DNA of 64,000 nucleotides, taken from NCBI GenBank assembly GCA_047602425.1, contig JASGHG010000001.1:4160001-4224000 (forward strand), read 5' to 3'. The number at the start of each line of letters is the position of its first letter. The first letter of the stretch is position 1. The stretch comes from Nibricoccus sp. Its GTDB lineage: Bacteria; Verrucomicrobiota; Verrucomicrobiia; Opitutales; Opitutaceae. Positions 1 to 8,091 of the stretch are shown here, piece by piece. The position numbers and the translations under genes were made by a program. The notes under the pieces were generated by a model. The model ran no database searches and was not told the origin of the DNA. It worked only from the letters and a program-made list of their open reading frames with translations.

Positions 1-1
1 A

Positions 2-460
2 GTGGGCGTGGGCATGGTGCTGGCGGCATTTCTGTTCGTGAAACGCGTGGCCGATACGACGGAGGTTCAATCAATGACCGGTGATGCCAAGGCGGCTCCG
101 CATGAACGCGTGGCCAACCTGCCCAAAAATGTCATCGTCTATCGTGTTTTTGGTGCATTGCTATTTGGTGCGGCGGACAAACTCGACACGGTATTGCGCC
201 GCGCAGGCGGCGACACGCGCGTGGTGATTTTGCACATGGCGGCCGTGACGGCGATGGATACCACGGCGCTGGACCGCTTGGAAGACTTGCACATGAAATT
301 GAAGCGGCGCGGACGCCATTTAATCCTCTGCGGTCCGCACACACAGCCCTTCTTTATGATGGAAAAGGCAGGGTTCCTGGACGCGGTGGGAGCGGATAAT
401 ATCGCCGGAGATTTGGACGGCGCGGTCGAGCGGGCGAGAGCCCTGGCGGGAGCGAAATAG
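2..460 (+). CDS. SulP-family anion transporter, C-terminal end with STAS domain (5' partial)
   Basis: Last TM segment (VGVGMVLAAFLFVKR) followed by STAS-like VYRVFGALLFGAA...VILHMAAVTAMDTTA; runs off the window start. Confidence 0.85.
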   Translation: MGVGMVLAAFLFVKRVADTTEVQSMTGDAKAAPHERVANLPKNVIVYRVFGALLFGAADKLDTVLRRAGGDTRVVILHMAAVTAMDTTALDRLEDLHMKLKRRGRHLILCGPHTQPFFMMEKAGFLDAVGADNIAGDLDGAVERARALAGAK

Positions 461-543
461 AACGTCTGTTTTTTTGGTTTTTTCGAGAAAACTTGGGAAT
501 TGCGGCGCTCGGAATTGGTTGTAACGAACCGCTGATTATCGTT

Positions 544-581
544 AAAAATAAAACGCCGGGATCCGCGAAGGACTCCGGCGT
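544..581 (-). terminator. Intrinsic terminator of the GH12 gene
   Basis: GC hairpin acgccggga-tcc-gcgaa-gga-ctccggcgt next to an A-rich tract on + (U tract on -), about 30 nt after the GH12 stop. Confidence 0.7.
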
Positions 582-612
582 CGTGAGAAGGTTTGATAAA
601 GTCGGCGCCGCT

Positions 613-1362
613 TTAGTTGACCGTTACCGAGAAACTGTTGGTCGTGTAGTTCAAGCCGCCGCTGGAGGACGTTATTTCGTAGCCGAACTGGACATTGCCG
701 ATGGTGATGTCGCCGATCCAACCCTTGCCCTTGATCCAAAGCAGGATCGCTTTGATGTCGACCGTGGCATTGTTGGTTTTGGAGGTGCGGAGGAACGAAT
801 AGACATTGTTGGCGCCGTTGCTTCCACGGAAGACGTTCCACGTGTGGCCGCCCACCGAGACATTGGTGTAAACAGGCACGGCGTTGCCGGTGGAACTCCA
901 GTTGTAGGAAATGGGTTTAACATTTCCGCCACCGGTCGCGGTCCCGGTGTAGTTCATCCAGAGCATGATTTCATTGGCATTGCCGCTATCCCAAATGTCG
1001 TAGGTCGATTCCCACGCGCCGCCGCTGGGGGTCGTGGCGCTGAAACTGGACTTGAGGGTGTTGGTTGCGCTCAGTTTTTTCCCAATATATTTGGTGCAAT
1101 TGGGGTAGGACTTGATGCCGCCGGTGTTCGGGTGGTTGGCCCAGACGCCCCAATTACTATAGCTATTGGCCCAAATCGTTTGAGGGCCGGCGCCGGAGCC
1201 CCAGATATTATTGTAGAGCGTGTAACCGCCATTGGACCAAGTGCCCCATTGGGCGGAGGAGGACCAAGTCGCGGCCTTGGCGGCCGGCGCGGAGGTGAGA
1301 CTAACCATCAAGACAGCAGCAAAGGTCGCTGCGAGCGTACGGAGTTTGAACGTGTGGTTCAT
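613..1362 (-). CDS. Secreted glycoside hydrolase family 12 (endo-/xyloglucanase-like)
   Basis: Signal peptide (MNHTFKLR...AKA), then YTLYNNIWG, IKSYPN, YDIW, EIMLW (nucleophile Glu) and FGYEI (acid/base Glu). Start set at the ATG at 1362. Confidence 0.9.
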   Translation of the reverse strand: MNHTFKLRTLAATFAAVLMVSLTSAPAAKAATWSSSAQWGTWSNGGYTLYNNIWGSGAGPQTIWANSYSNWGVWANHPNTGGIKSYPNCTKYIGKKLSATNTLKSSFSATTPSGGAWESTYDIWDSGNANEIMLWMNYTGTATGGGNVKPISYNWSSTGNAVPVYTNVSVGGHTWNVFRGSNGANNVYSFLRTSKTNNATVDIKAILLWIKGKGWIGDITIGNVQFGYEITSSSGGLNYTTNSFSVTVN

Positions 1363-1599
1363 GGTATACGGGGTTGCTTTCGGCGCGCCGGTGAGGGCGC
1401 TGGGGTATGACGGATCGACAACGGAAAGCGGCGTCATCAATGCCGTGCGTGCAGAGGGGTCTGCACAAAGGGGTAGGGTGGGTGGGCTATAAGTATGCTA
1501 ATTTAACATTAAATCAAACGGGGCAAGACCTTTTTGGTAAGATCGAGGGATCCTCGCTTTTATCTGCTGACGTGAGGGGACCGCTCAATTTGCAGACAT

Positions 1600-1638
1600 G
1601 CGAAAATGGCCGTGACCTCCGAAGCCCAGCGGGCGAAG
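1600..1638. repeat. 39-bp direct repeat, copy downstream of the GIY-YIG gene
   Basis: gcgaaaatggccgtgacctccgaagcccagcgggcgaag matches 1959-1997 at 35/39 positions. Confidence 0.9.
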
Positions 1639-1640
1639 TC

Positions 1641-1883
1641 TCACCAGAATCTTTTATGGGCGAATGCGCGTCCCGAGCCAGATTTTAGATATTGCTCGAA
1701 AGCAAGAGCCTTTTGTTTTTTCGAAAATCCTAGATAGGTCACGAGCCGCCACGGCCTGTTTACTGCGGTCGACACGTTTTTACCCGCATTGTGGTCGGCG
1801 ATGCGTTGACGGAGATTCTCAGTAAACCCGACATAATGTGTTTCCGGATGTGTGATACTTTCGATGAGATATACGTAGTACAT
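1641..1883 (-). CDS. Small GIY-YIG nuclease-family protein (80 aa)
   Basis: MYYVYLI...HYVGFT..L.QRI..HN.G...ST...RPW.LV....F.....A..FE..LK; GGAGG-type RBS just before the ATG at 1883. Confidence 0.9.
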   Translation of the reverse strand: MYYVYLIESITHPETHYVGFTENLRQRIADHNAGKNVSTAVNRPWRLVTYLGFSKKQKALAFEQYLKSGSGRAFAHKRFW

Positions 1884-1958
1884 GGTTCCTCCTTCGCTGA
1901 AGCTTCGGCGGGCATCCTTCGCTGCAACATTCAGACTGCGGGCTGAAGTTACTATCTG

Positions 1959-1997
1959 GCGAAGATGGCTGTGCCATCCGAAGCCCAGCGGGCGAAG
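1959..1997. repeat. 39-bp direct repeat, copy abutting the tRNA-Ser 3' end
   Basis: gcgaagatggctgtgccatccgaagcccagcgggcgaag; part of the hairpin gccatcc-gaa-gccc-agc-gggc-gaa-ggatggc at 1973-2003. Confidence 0.9.
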
Positions 1998-1998
1998 G

Positions 1999-2087
<89 letters not shown>

Positions 2088-2216
2088 AAGGTGTTCTGCG
2101 GGTCTTTGCCAACAAGACCTGCCAAAAGGGCGAAGGGGTCGAAATAAGGCGTCCTGTTAGAGCGGGGTCAACGGAAAATCTTCACCAAGACTAAATGCAC
2201 GCGAATTCCGCCGGAT

Positions 2217-3299
2217 TTAGCTCTTGGTTGAGGCATCTGCGCCCGTGGTGGCGGCAAAATCAACCGGCACTACGACTTCCTGCGGCTGGGCTTTGCCATT
2301 TTCGACCGCAGGCAGGAAAAGCCAGCGGCCGATTTCCTGACGGGACTGATCCAAATAGGCAGGCGGCAACGCGGGCTCGCAGATGAACGACTCGACGGTG
2401 CCCTTCTCGTTGACCTTGCAATGTATTTGGACGCGCGGCTCTTTCAGTCCTTGGAATTTTTTGCGATCGAGCGGAGTGAAATAGACTTTTGCCGGGACCG
2501 ATTGGTTGGCGCCCGCGACGATCTGCTGGCGGATCGCGAGACGGTGGCGGCCCTGATGGTATTTCGCCTTGGTCGGTTCCATTTCGCGCAGGAGCGCCAG
2601 AAGGTCTTGGAACGGTTTTGTCGGGCCGTGGTATTCGCCGCCTTCGTGAGAATGAAAAACGATATCGCCGTTTCGGTTTACCACCGCGAGTCCGGGGATG
2701 CTGTTGGGTTTCCACTTTTCCAAAACGCCTACGTCTGCGTTGAACTTCACGGTCAACCAAGGCATCTGGACTTCAGCGACGTATTCGGCCTGTTCGCTTC
2801 GACCTTTGTCCCAACTCACGAACAGCACTTCGCATTTTTCGCCAAAGGCTCTGTTGCGAAGGTTATTGTACTGTTGAACGAGTGTCGGGGTGAATCGACG
2901 GCAAGGTCCGCACCAGTGCGCGGAGAAATAAAGCACGTAAAATTCGGGTTCGGCCCGCGTGCCCGGATCGAAGGCGACGAGTTTCCCGTCTTTGAGGATT
3001 TGGAGCCTACCTTTCGTCGCTTTCGCCACTGGGGAAGTGGATTCGGCCCATGGTTTTTCGGCGGGTACGGTGGCGAGATATTGCGCCACTTGGTCAAGGC
3101 TGGCGTCGTCCAGGGAATCGAACGGCAGGAGCATCATGGTCTTTTTGCCCACGATGTGAGCCATGGTGCCGTAGATGCCTGAAATTTTGCCCTCGATGAC
3201 GCCGCTGGGCGTGGTCCATTTTTCTGCACGGATTTCGAAGGTTGCCGCCGTCGTGAGACAGGCAAGAAAGCTGATTTTGATAATTCGCAGGAGGTGCAC
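2217..3299 (-). CDS. Exported thioredoxin-like (nucleoredoxin/tryparedoxin type) protein with TonB-C-like C-terminus
   Basis: Signal peptide; LYFSAHWCGPCRRFTP...EVLFVS.D...MPW...SIP; C-terminal V.EKG.V....WLFLPA..NGK....V.VPV.F. Confidence 0.75.
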   Translation of the reverse strand: MHLLRIIKISFLACLTTAATFEIRAEKWTTPSGVIEGKISGIYGTMAHIVGKKTMMLLPFDSLDDASLDQVAQYLATVPAEKPWAESTSPVAKATKGRLQILKDGKLVAFDPGTRAEPEFYVLYFSAHWCGPCRRFTPTLVQQYNNLRNRAFGEKCEVLFVSWDKGRSEQAEYVAEVQMPWLTVKFNADVGVLEKWKPNSIPGLAVVNRNGDIVFHSHEGGEYHGPTKPFQDLLALLREMEPTKAKYHQGRHRLAIRQQIVAGANQSVPAKVYFTPLDRKKFQGLKEPRVQIHCKVNEKGTVESFICEPALPPAYLDQSRQEIGRWLFLPAVENGKAQPQEVVVPVDFAATTGADASTKS

Positions 3300-3465
3300 A
3301 GTTATTGGGGTGTGGCGAAGCGGGAGTTATTTATCAGTCCGGCCAATTAATTACGCGCATTAGAAGAAGTTTCTCTCATTTCGACGTCAAGCTACGGACG
3401 TTGGTTAGCCTGATATCAGAGGTAAAATTGTATAATTGCTGGATAAAAAGATGACTAAAACCTCC

Positions 3466-3493
3466 TTGCGCGACCTCAAGTGGATGCTACGTT
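3466..3493 (+). promoter_or_regulatory. Candidate sigma70-type promoter for the nuo operon
   Basis: TTGCGC-16 bp-TACGTT with an extended -10 TG, about 40 nt upstream of nuoB. Confidence 0.35.
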
Positions 3494-3530
3494 GACCCTT
3501 TCGCTTTAACCACCACTACATCGTTGCATC

Positions 3531-4046
3531 ATGGTTTCTGCCAACACCACCGAGATCGGCCTTAACAGCAAAGTTGAGGGCGAGGTCGTCGTCTCCCGGC
3601 TCGACTCGGTTATCAACTGGATTCGCACCAACTCTGTCTGGCCCATGCCGATGGGTCTGGCTTGCTGCGCGATCGAACTGATGGCGGTGGGCAACGGACG
3701 TTTCGACATCTCGCGCTTCGGCGCTGAGGTGATGCGTTTTTCGCCACGCCAGGCCGATTGCATGATCGTTGCCGGCACCGTTACTTACAAAATGGCCGCG
3801 CAGGTCCGCCGCATTTACGACCAAATGATGTCGCCAAAATGGGTCATTGCCATGGGCGCGTGCGCCAGCTCGGGCGGCATGTACCGTAGTTATTCCACAC
3901 TACAAGGCGTCGACCGCATCGTGCCCGTCGACGTCTATATCAGCGGTTGCCCTCCGCGTCCTGAGGCGATCCTCGACGCGCTCATCAAGCTGCAGGGCAA
4001 AATCAAAACCGAGCACGCTGCCTCGAACCTTTTTAAAAAAGGCTGA
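3531..4046 (+). CDS. nuoB: NADH-quinone oxidoreductase subunit B
   Basis: [23 protein letters not shown] and GCPPRPE (N2 cluster ligands). Confidence 0.97.
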   Translation: MVSANTTEIGLNSKVEGEVVVSRLDSVINWIRTNSVWPMPMGLACCAIELMAVGNGRFDISRFGAEVMRFSPRQADCMIVAGTVTYKMAAQVRRIYDQMMSPKWVIAMGACASSGGMYRSYSTLQGVDRIVPVDVYISGCPPRPEAILDALIKLQGKIKTEHAASNLFKKG

Positions 4047-4088
4047 GTCACTGAAGCGCATTACACCTTTCGCCTCACGAACCACGAC

Positions 4089-4739
4089 ATGACTGCTCCC
4101 ACCGCAGCCAAGACCGCTCTCAAGGAAAAATTCCCGCAAGTGACCGACCGCGCCAGCACGGATCACGAGGCGGTCAACGTGCCCATGGCCGATCTTGTCG
4201 CGGCGTTAAAATACCTGCGCGACGAACACGCCTTTGACCTGCTGATGGACCTGACGGCGATCGATTGGGCGGAAGGCGCTTCGCCCCGTTTCACGGTCGT
4301 CTATCACCTCTTCTCGTCGCAAAATCTTGGATACATCCGTGTCGCTGCCCACTGCGCGAACGATGTCGAGCCGACAGCCCCCAGCGTGGTCGATCTCTGG
4401 CCCGCCGCCAACTGGCACGAGCGCGAATGCTACGACATGCTTGGCATCAGGTTCACCGCGCATCCCGACCTGCGTCGCATTCTCATGTGGGAAGGCTATC
4501 CGTACCATCCGTTGCGCAAGGAATTCCCACTCGCAGGCATCGAAGTCCCTCTGCCCGATGCTGAAATCAGCGCAGCGACCGGCGTTGCGGCGATTGCCGT
4601 GCCGATGGCGGGCGGACCGTTTGTCGCTTCCTCCGGCGAGATGAACCTCACCGAAGCCGAACCACGCGCCAAGGACGAAAGCTGGAGCGACCGCCGGCCT
4701 CGTCCGGACCAAACCGGACTCAAGCAAGCCAAGAACTGA
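4089..4739 (+). CDS. nuoC: NADH-quinone oxidoreductase subunit C
   Basis: ANWHERECYDMLGIRF..HPDLRRIL...HPLRKEFP. Confidence 0.96.
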   Translation: MTAPTAAKTALKEKFPQVTDRASTDHEAVNVPMADLVAALKYLRDEHAFDLLMDLTAIDWAEGASPRFTVVYHLFSSQNLGYIRVAAHCANDVEPTAPSVVDLWPAANWHERECYDMLGIRFTAHPDLRRILMWEGYPYHPLRKEFPLAGIEVPLPDAEISAATGVAAIAVPMAGGPFVASSGEMNLTEAEPRAKDESWSDRRPRPDQTGLKQAKN

Positions 4740-4746
4740 CGCGACC

Positions 4747-5976
4747 ATGGCCAACGAAATTTCCATTCCCGACAGCGCTGCGAAGTTTTCTGACGTCGAA
4801 CAATACGGCTCGGAAAAAATGGACCTCTCCATGGGGCCATCGCATCCGTCGACCCACGGCGTGCTCCGTCTCCAACTGGAGATCGACGGCGAGATCGTCA
4901 CCAAGTGCGATCCGGTCGTCGGTTACCTCCATCGTGGTGACGAAAAAATCGCCGAGAACATGACCTACAACCAGTTCGTGCCCTATACGGACCGGTTGGA
5001 TTATCTGGCACCTCTCGCGAACAACATGGCCTACGCCATCGCGGTAGAAAAACTCGCAAATCTCCAAGTGCCGCCACGCTGCCAGGCGATTCGCGTGATC
5101 ACCGCCGAAATGGCGCGCATCTCGTCGCACCTCATGGGTCTCGGCGCGTTCGGTCTCGACGTTGGCGCCTGGACCGTGCTCGTGCTTTCGCTCAACCAGC
5201 GCGAATTCCTCTACAAGCTTTTCGAAGAGCTCACCGGTGCCCGCTTCACCACGAGTTACACGCGCATCGGCGGCGTCACCCGCGACATTCCCGACGGCTG
5301 GCTGCAGAACGTTGAAAAATTCTGCGACCAATTCGAACCCGCGCTCGAAGAAATCCTCTCGCTCCTCACGCGTAACAAAATTTTCCACGACCGCACCGTC
5401 GGCGTCGGTGTGATCTCAAAAGAAGACGCGCTCGCCTACGGCCTGACCGGCCCGAATCTCCGCGGCTCCGGCGTCGGTCTCGATCTTCGCAAGGACAAGC
5501 CGTACTCCGGCTACGAGCAATACGAGTTCGATGTTCCGGTTGGCACGAAGGGCGACAGCTTCGACCGCTACCTCGTGCGTGGCGAAGAAATGCGCCAGTC
5601 CGTCCGCATCATCCGCCAGGTCGTTAAGACGATGCCCGGTGGCGACTGGTTCGCCAAGGATGCCGTCCGCATTTTTGCGCCGCCCAAGGCGAAGGTGCTC
5701 ACCTCGATGGAGGAGCTCATCAATAATTTCATGATCGTGACCGAAGGTCCGCTCATGCCCTCCGGCGAAGTCTACTTCGAGGCGGAAAACCCCAAGGGCA
5801 TACTCGGCTTCTACGTCGTGAGCAAAGGTGGCGGAGTTCCCTGGCGCCTGAAGATCCGCTCACCCTCCTTCTGCAACCTTTCCATCGTCCCAAAAGTTTG
5901 CACCGGCATCCTGATTTCCGACGTCGTCGCGATCCTCGGATCATTCGACTTCGTCATGGGCGAATGCGACCGCTAA
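4747..5976 (+). CDS. nuoD: NADH-quinone oxidoreductase subunit D
   Basis: MGPSHPSTHGVLRL, GYLHRG.EK, DRLDY and C-terminal D.VMGECDR. Confidence 0.97.
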   Translation: MANEISIPDSAAKFSDVEQYGSEKMDLSMGPSHPSTHGVLRLQLEIDGEIVTKCDPVVGYLHRGDEKIAENMTYNQFVPYTDRLDYLAPLANNMAYAIAVEKLANLQVPPRCQAIRVITAEMARISSHLMGLGAFGLDVGAWTVLVLSLNQREFLYKLFEELTGARFTTSYTRIGGVTRDIPDGWLQNVEKFCDQFEPALEEILSLLTRNKIFHDRTVGVGVISKEDALAYGLTGPNLRGSGVGLDLRKDKPYSGYEQYEFDVPVGTKGDSFDRYLVRGEEMRQSVRIIRQVVKTMPGGDWFAKDAVRIFAPPKAKVLTSMEELINNFMIVTEGPLMPSGEVYFEAENPKGILGFYVVSKGGGVPWRLKIRSPSFCNLSIVPKVCTGILISDVVAILGSFDFVMGECDR

Positions 5977-5991
5977 CCACGAAACTTTTTT

Positions 5992-6077
5992 AACCGCTAA
6001 TTTTCGCTAATGAACGCTCATTCAAACCAAATTTCCGGTTCGCCGAAATTAGCGTCCATTAGTGCAAATTAGCGGTT
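5992..6077. repeat. Inverted-arm palindromic element between nuoD and nuoE
   Basis: 31-bp arms (5992-6022 and 6047-6077) complementary at 27/31, built from about 9-nt cgctaat units. Confidence 0.85.
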
Positions 6078-6094
6078 CCCATTTCCGAGTCCGA

Positions 6095-6577
6095 ATGAAT
6101 CTCAAGCCCGAAACACTCCAACGAATCGAAGATGCCATCACGCACTATCCGGTGAAACGGAGTGCGACGCTGCCGCTGCTGCACCTGATTCAGGAGGACG
6201 CCGGCTACATTTCCGACGAGGCGATCGAGTGGGTGGCGCAGAAACTCGAACTCCAGCCGATCAACGTCTACGAAGTGGTGACGTTTTACCCGATGTTCCG
6301 CCGCAAGCCGATCGGACGGCGACACATCAAAGTTTGCCGCACGCTCTCTTGCGCATTGATGGGCGGCTACAAAGTCGCCGGCGAATTCAAAAAAGAGTTC
6401 GGGGTTGATCTCAACGAAATCACGCCCGACGGCGAAGTCACCATCGAGTTCGTCGAATGCCTCGCCAGTTGCGGCACCGCTCCCGTCGTCATGGTCGACG
6501 ACGAACTACACGAGAAAGTCGATTGCGCCAAAGCCCGCGAAATCGCCGCCAAGATCAAGGCCGACGCGAAACGCTGA
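6095..6577 (+). CDS. nuoE: NADH-quinone oxidoreductase subunit E
   Basis: V.TFY.MF, VCRTLSC and ECLASC..AP (2Fe-2S N1a). Start set at the ATG at 6095. Confidence 0.95.
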   Translation: MNLKPETLQRIEDAITHYPVKRSATLPLLHLIQEDAGYISDEAIEWVAQKLELQPINVYEVVTFYPMFRRKPIGRRHIKVCRTLSCALMGGYKVAGEFKKEFGVDLNEITPDGEVTIEFVECLASCGTAPVVMVDDELHEKVDCAKAREIAAKIKADAKR

Positions 6578-6613
6578 CCGCTTAAACTTCCACTTTTCAC
6601 TTAAACTTTTCGC

Positions 6614-7966
6614 ATGCCCGCTCCCGCACAACGTCGCCTGATTTTCCAGCACATCGACGAGGCCGGTTACACCAACGACCTCGCTTGTTACGTGCGCAAC
6701 GGTGGCTACGAGATCCTCAAGAAATCCGTCACGCGCAAGCCCGAGGAAATCATTGACGAAGTCAAAAAGTCCGGCCTGCGCGGCCGTGGCGGCGCTGGTT
6801 TTCCCTGTGGCGTGAAGTGGTCGTTGGTCGACCGCAAAAGCGGCAAGCCAATCTACCTCGTGGTCAACGCCGACGAGTCCGAGCCTGGCACATTCAAGGA
6901 TCGCTACATCATTCACCAGGACCCGCACCAGCTCATAGAGGGAATCATGATCTCCTCCTTCGCGAACAACGTGAAGCAGGCCTACATCTATATCCGCGGC
7001 GAATTTCCGATCGGTGCTCGCATTCTCGAAAAAGCCATTGCCGAGGCGCGGGCGGCCAATTTTGTCGGTCCCAACATTCTCGGCACCAATTACAGTTGCG
7101 AAATCTACGTCCATCGTGGTGCTGGCGCCTACATTTGCGGCGAAGAAACCGGTCTGATCGAATCGCTGGAAGGCAAGCGCCCGTACCCGCGCATCAAGCC
7201 GCCGTATTTCCCCGCCGTGCTCGGCCTCTACCAGTGCCCGACGATCGTGAACAACGTCGAGACGCTTTGCCACGTGAAGCACATCGCCGACATGGGCGGT
7301 GAAGCCTTCTCGAAAATCGGCACGCCCAACAATACCGGCACACGTATTCTTTGCGTCTCCGGTCACGTGCAACGCCCTGGCTACTACGAATACGAAGTCG
7401 GCAAGATCACGATGGGCGAGTTGCTCAACGAGGTCTGCGGCGGCCCGTTGCCCGGCCGCAAATTCAAGGCCGTGATCCCCGGCGGTTCATCCGCGAAAAT
7501 CCTGCGTTTTGGCGAAACGTTTACCTTGAAAAACAAGGACGGCTCCACACGCACATTGACCGTCGAGGACATTCCAATGGATTTCGACACGCTTGCCGCT
7601 TGTGGCACCATGGGTGGTTCGGGTGGCGTCATCGTGATGGACGACACCGTCGACATCGTGCAAGCGCTGGCGAATTTGAACGCGTTCTACGCTCATGAGA
7701 GCTGCGGCCAATGCACCCCGTGCCGCGAAGGCTCGCTCTGGATGAAGAAAATCACCAACCGCATGGTCCACGGCGACGCTCGCGCAGAAGATGGCGTGCT
7801 ACTCAATAGCGTGGCCAACCAGATCGCTGGCCGCACCATCTGCGCGATGGGTGAGGCGTGCTCGTGGCCGACCATGAGCTTCGTCCAGAAATTCGGCGAC
7901 GAATTCAAAGCGTATCCCGAATCAAAAGCCACCGCCAATGGCGAAGCCTCACTCAAGCTCATCTGA
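6614..7966 (+). CDS. nuoF: NADH-quinone oxidoreductase subunit F
   Basis: GLRGRGGAGF, NADESEPGTFKDR, GAGAYICGEET and ESCGQCTPCREG. Confidence 0.97.
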   Translation: MPAPAQRRLIFQHIDEAGYTNDLACYVRNGGYEILKKSVTRKPEEIIDEVKKSGLRGRGGAGFPCGVKWSLVDRKSGKPIYLVVNADESEPGTFKDRYIIHQDPHQLIEGIMISSFANNVKQAYIYIRGEFPIGARILEKAIAEARAANFVGPNILGTNYSCEIYVHRGAGAYICGEETGLIESLEGKRPYPRIKPPYFPAVLGLYQCPTIVNNVETLCHVKHIADMGGEAFSKIGTPNNTGTRILCVSGHVQRPGYYEYEVGKITMGELLNEVCGGPLPGRKFKAVIPGGSSAKILRFGETFTLKNKDGSTRTLTVEDIPMDFDTLAACGTMGGSGGVIVMDDTVDIVQALANLNAFYAHESCGQCTPCREGSLWMKKITNRMVHGDARAEDGVLLNSVANQIAGRTICAMGEACSWPTMSFVQKFGDEFKAYPESKATANGEASLKLI

Positions 7967-7971
7967 TTTTG

Positions 7972-8062
7972 AACAGAAGATAACAAAGAGTCCAAAACAT
8001 CGCTCACGCAAAAATTCCAAGCTAACCCGACACCGCTTCGTTTCCTTCGTTACCTTCTGTAA
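7972..8062. repeat. ACAGAAG-type inverted-arm element (nuoF-nuoG)
   Basis: Left arm acagaagataacaaag, right arm cttcgtttccttcgttaccttctgt; same family as 9788-9939 and 50083-50216. Confidence 0.8.
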
Positions 8063-8091
8063 AATTCATCTCCGAACGTTTTCCTTTAGCA

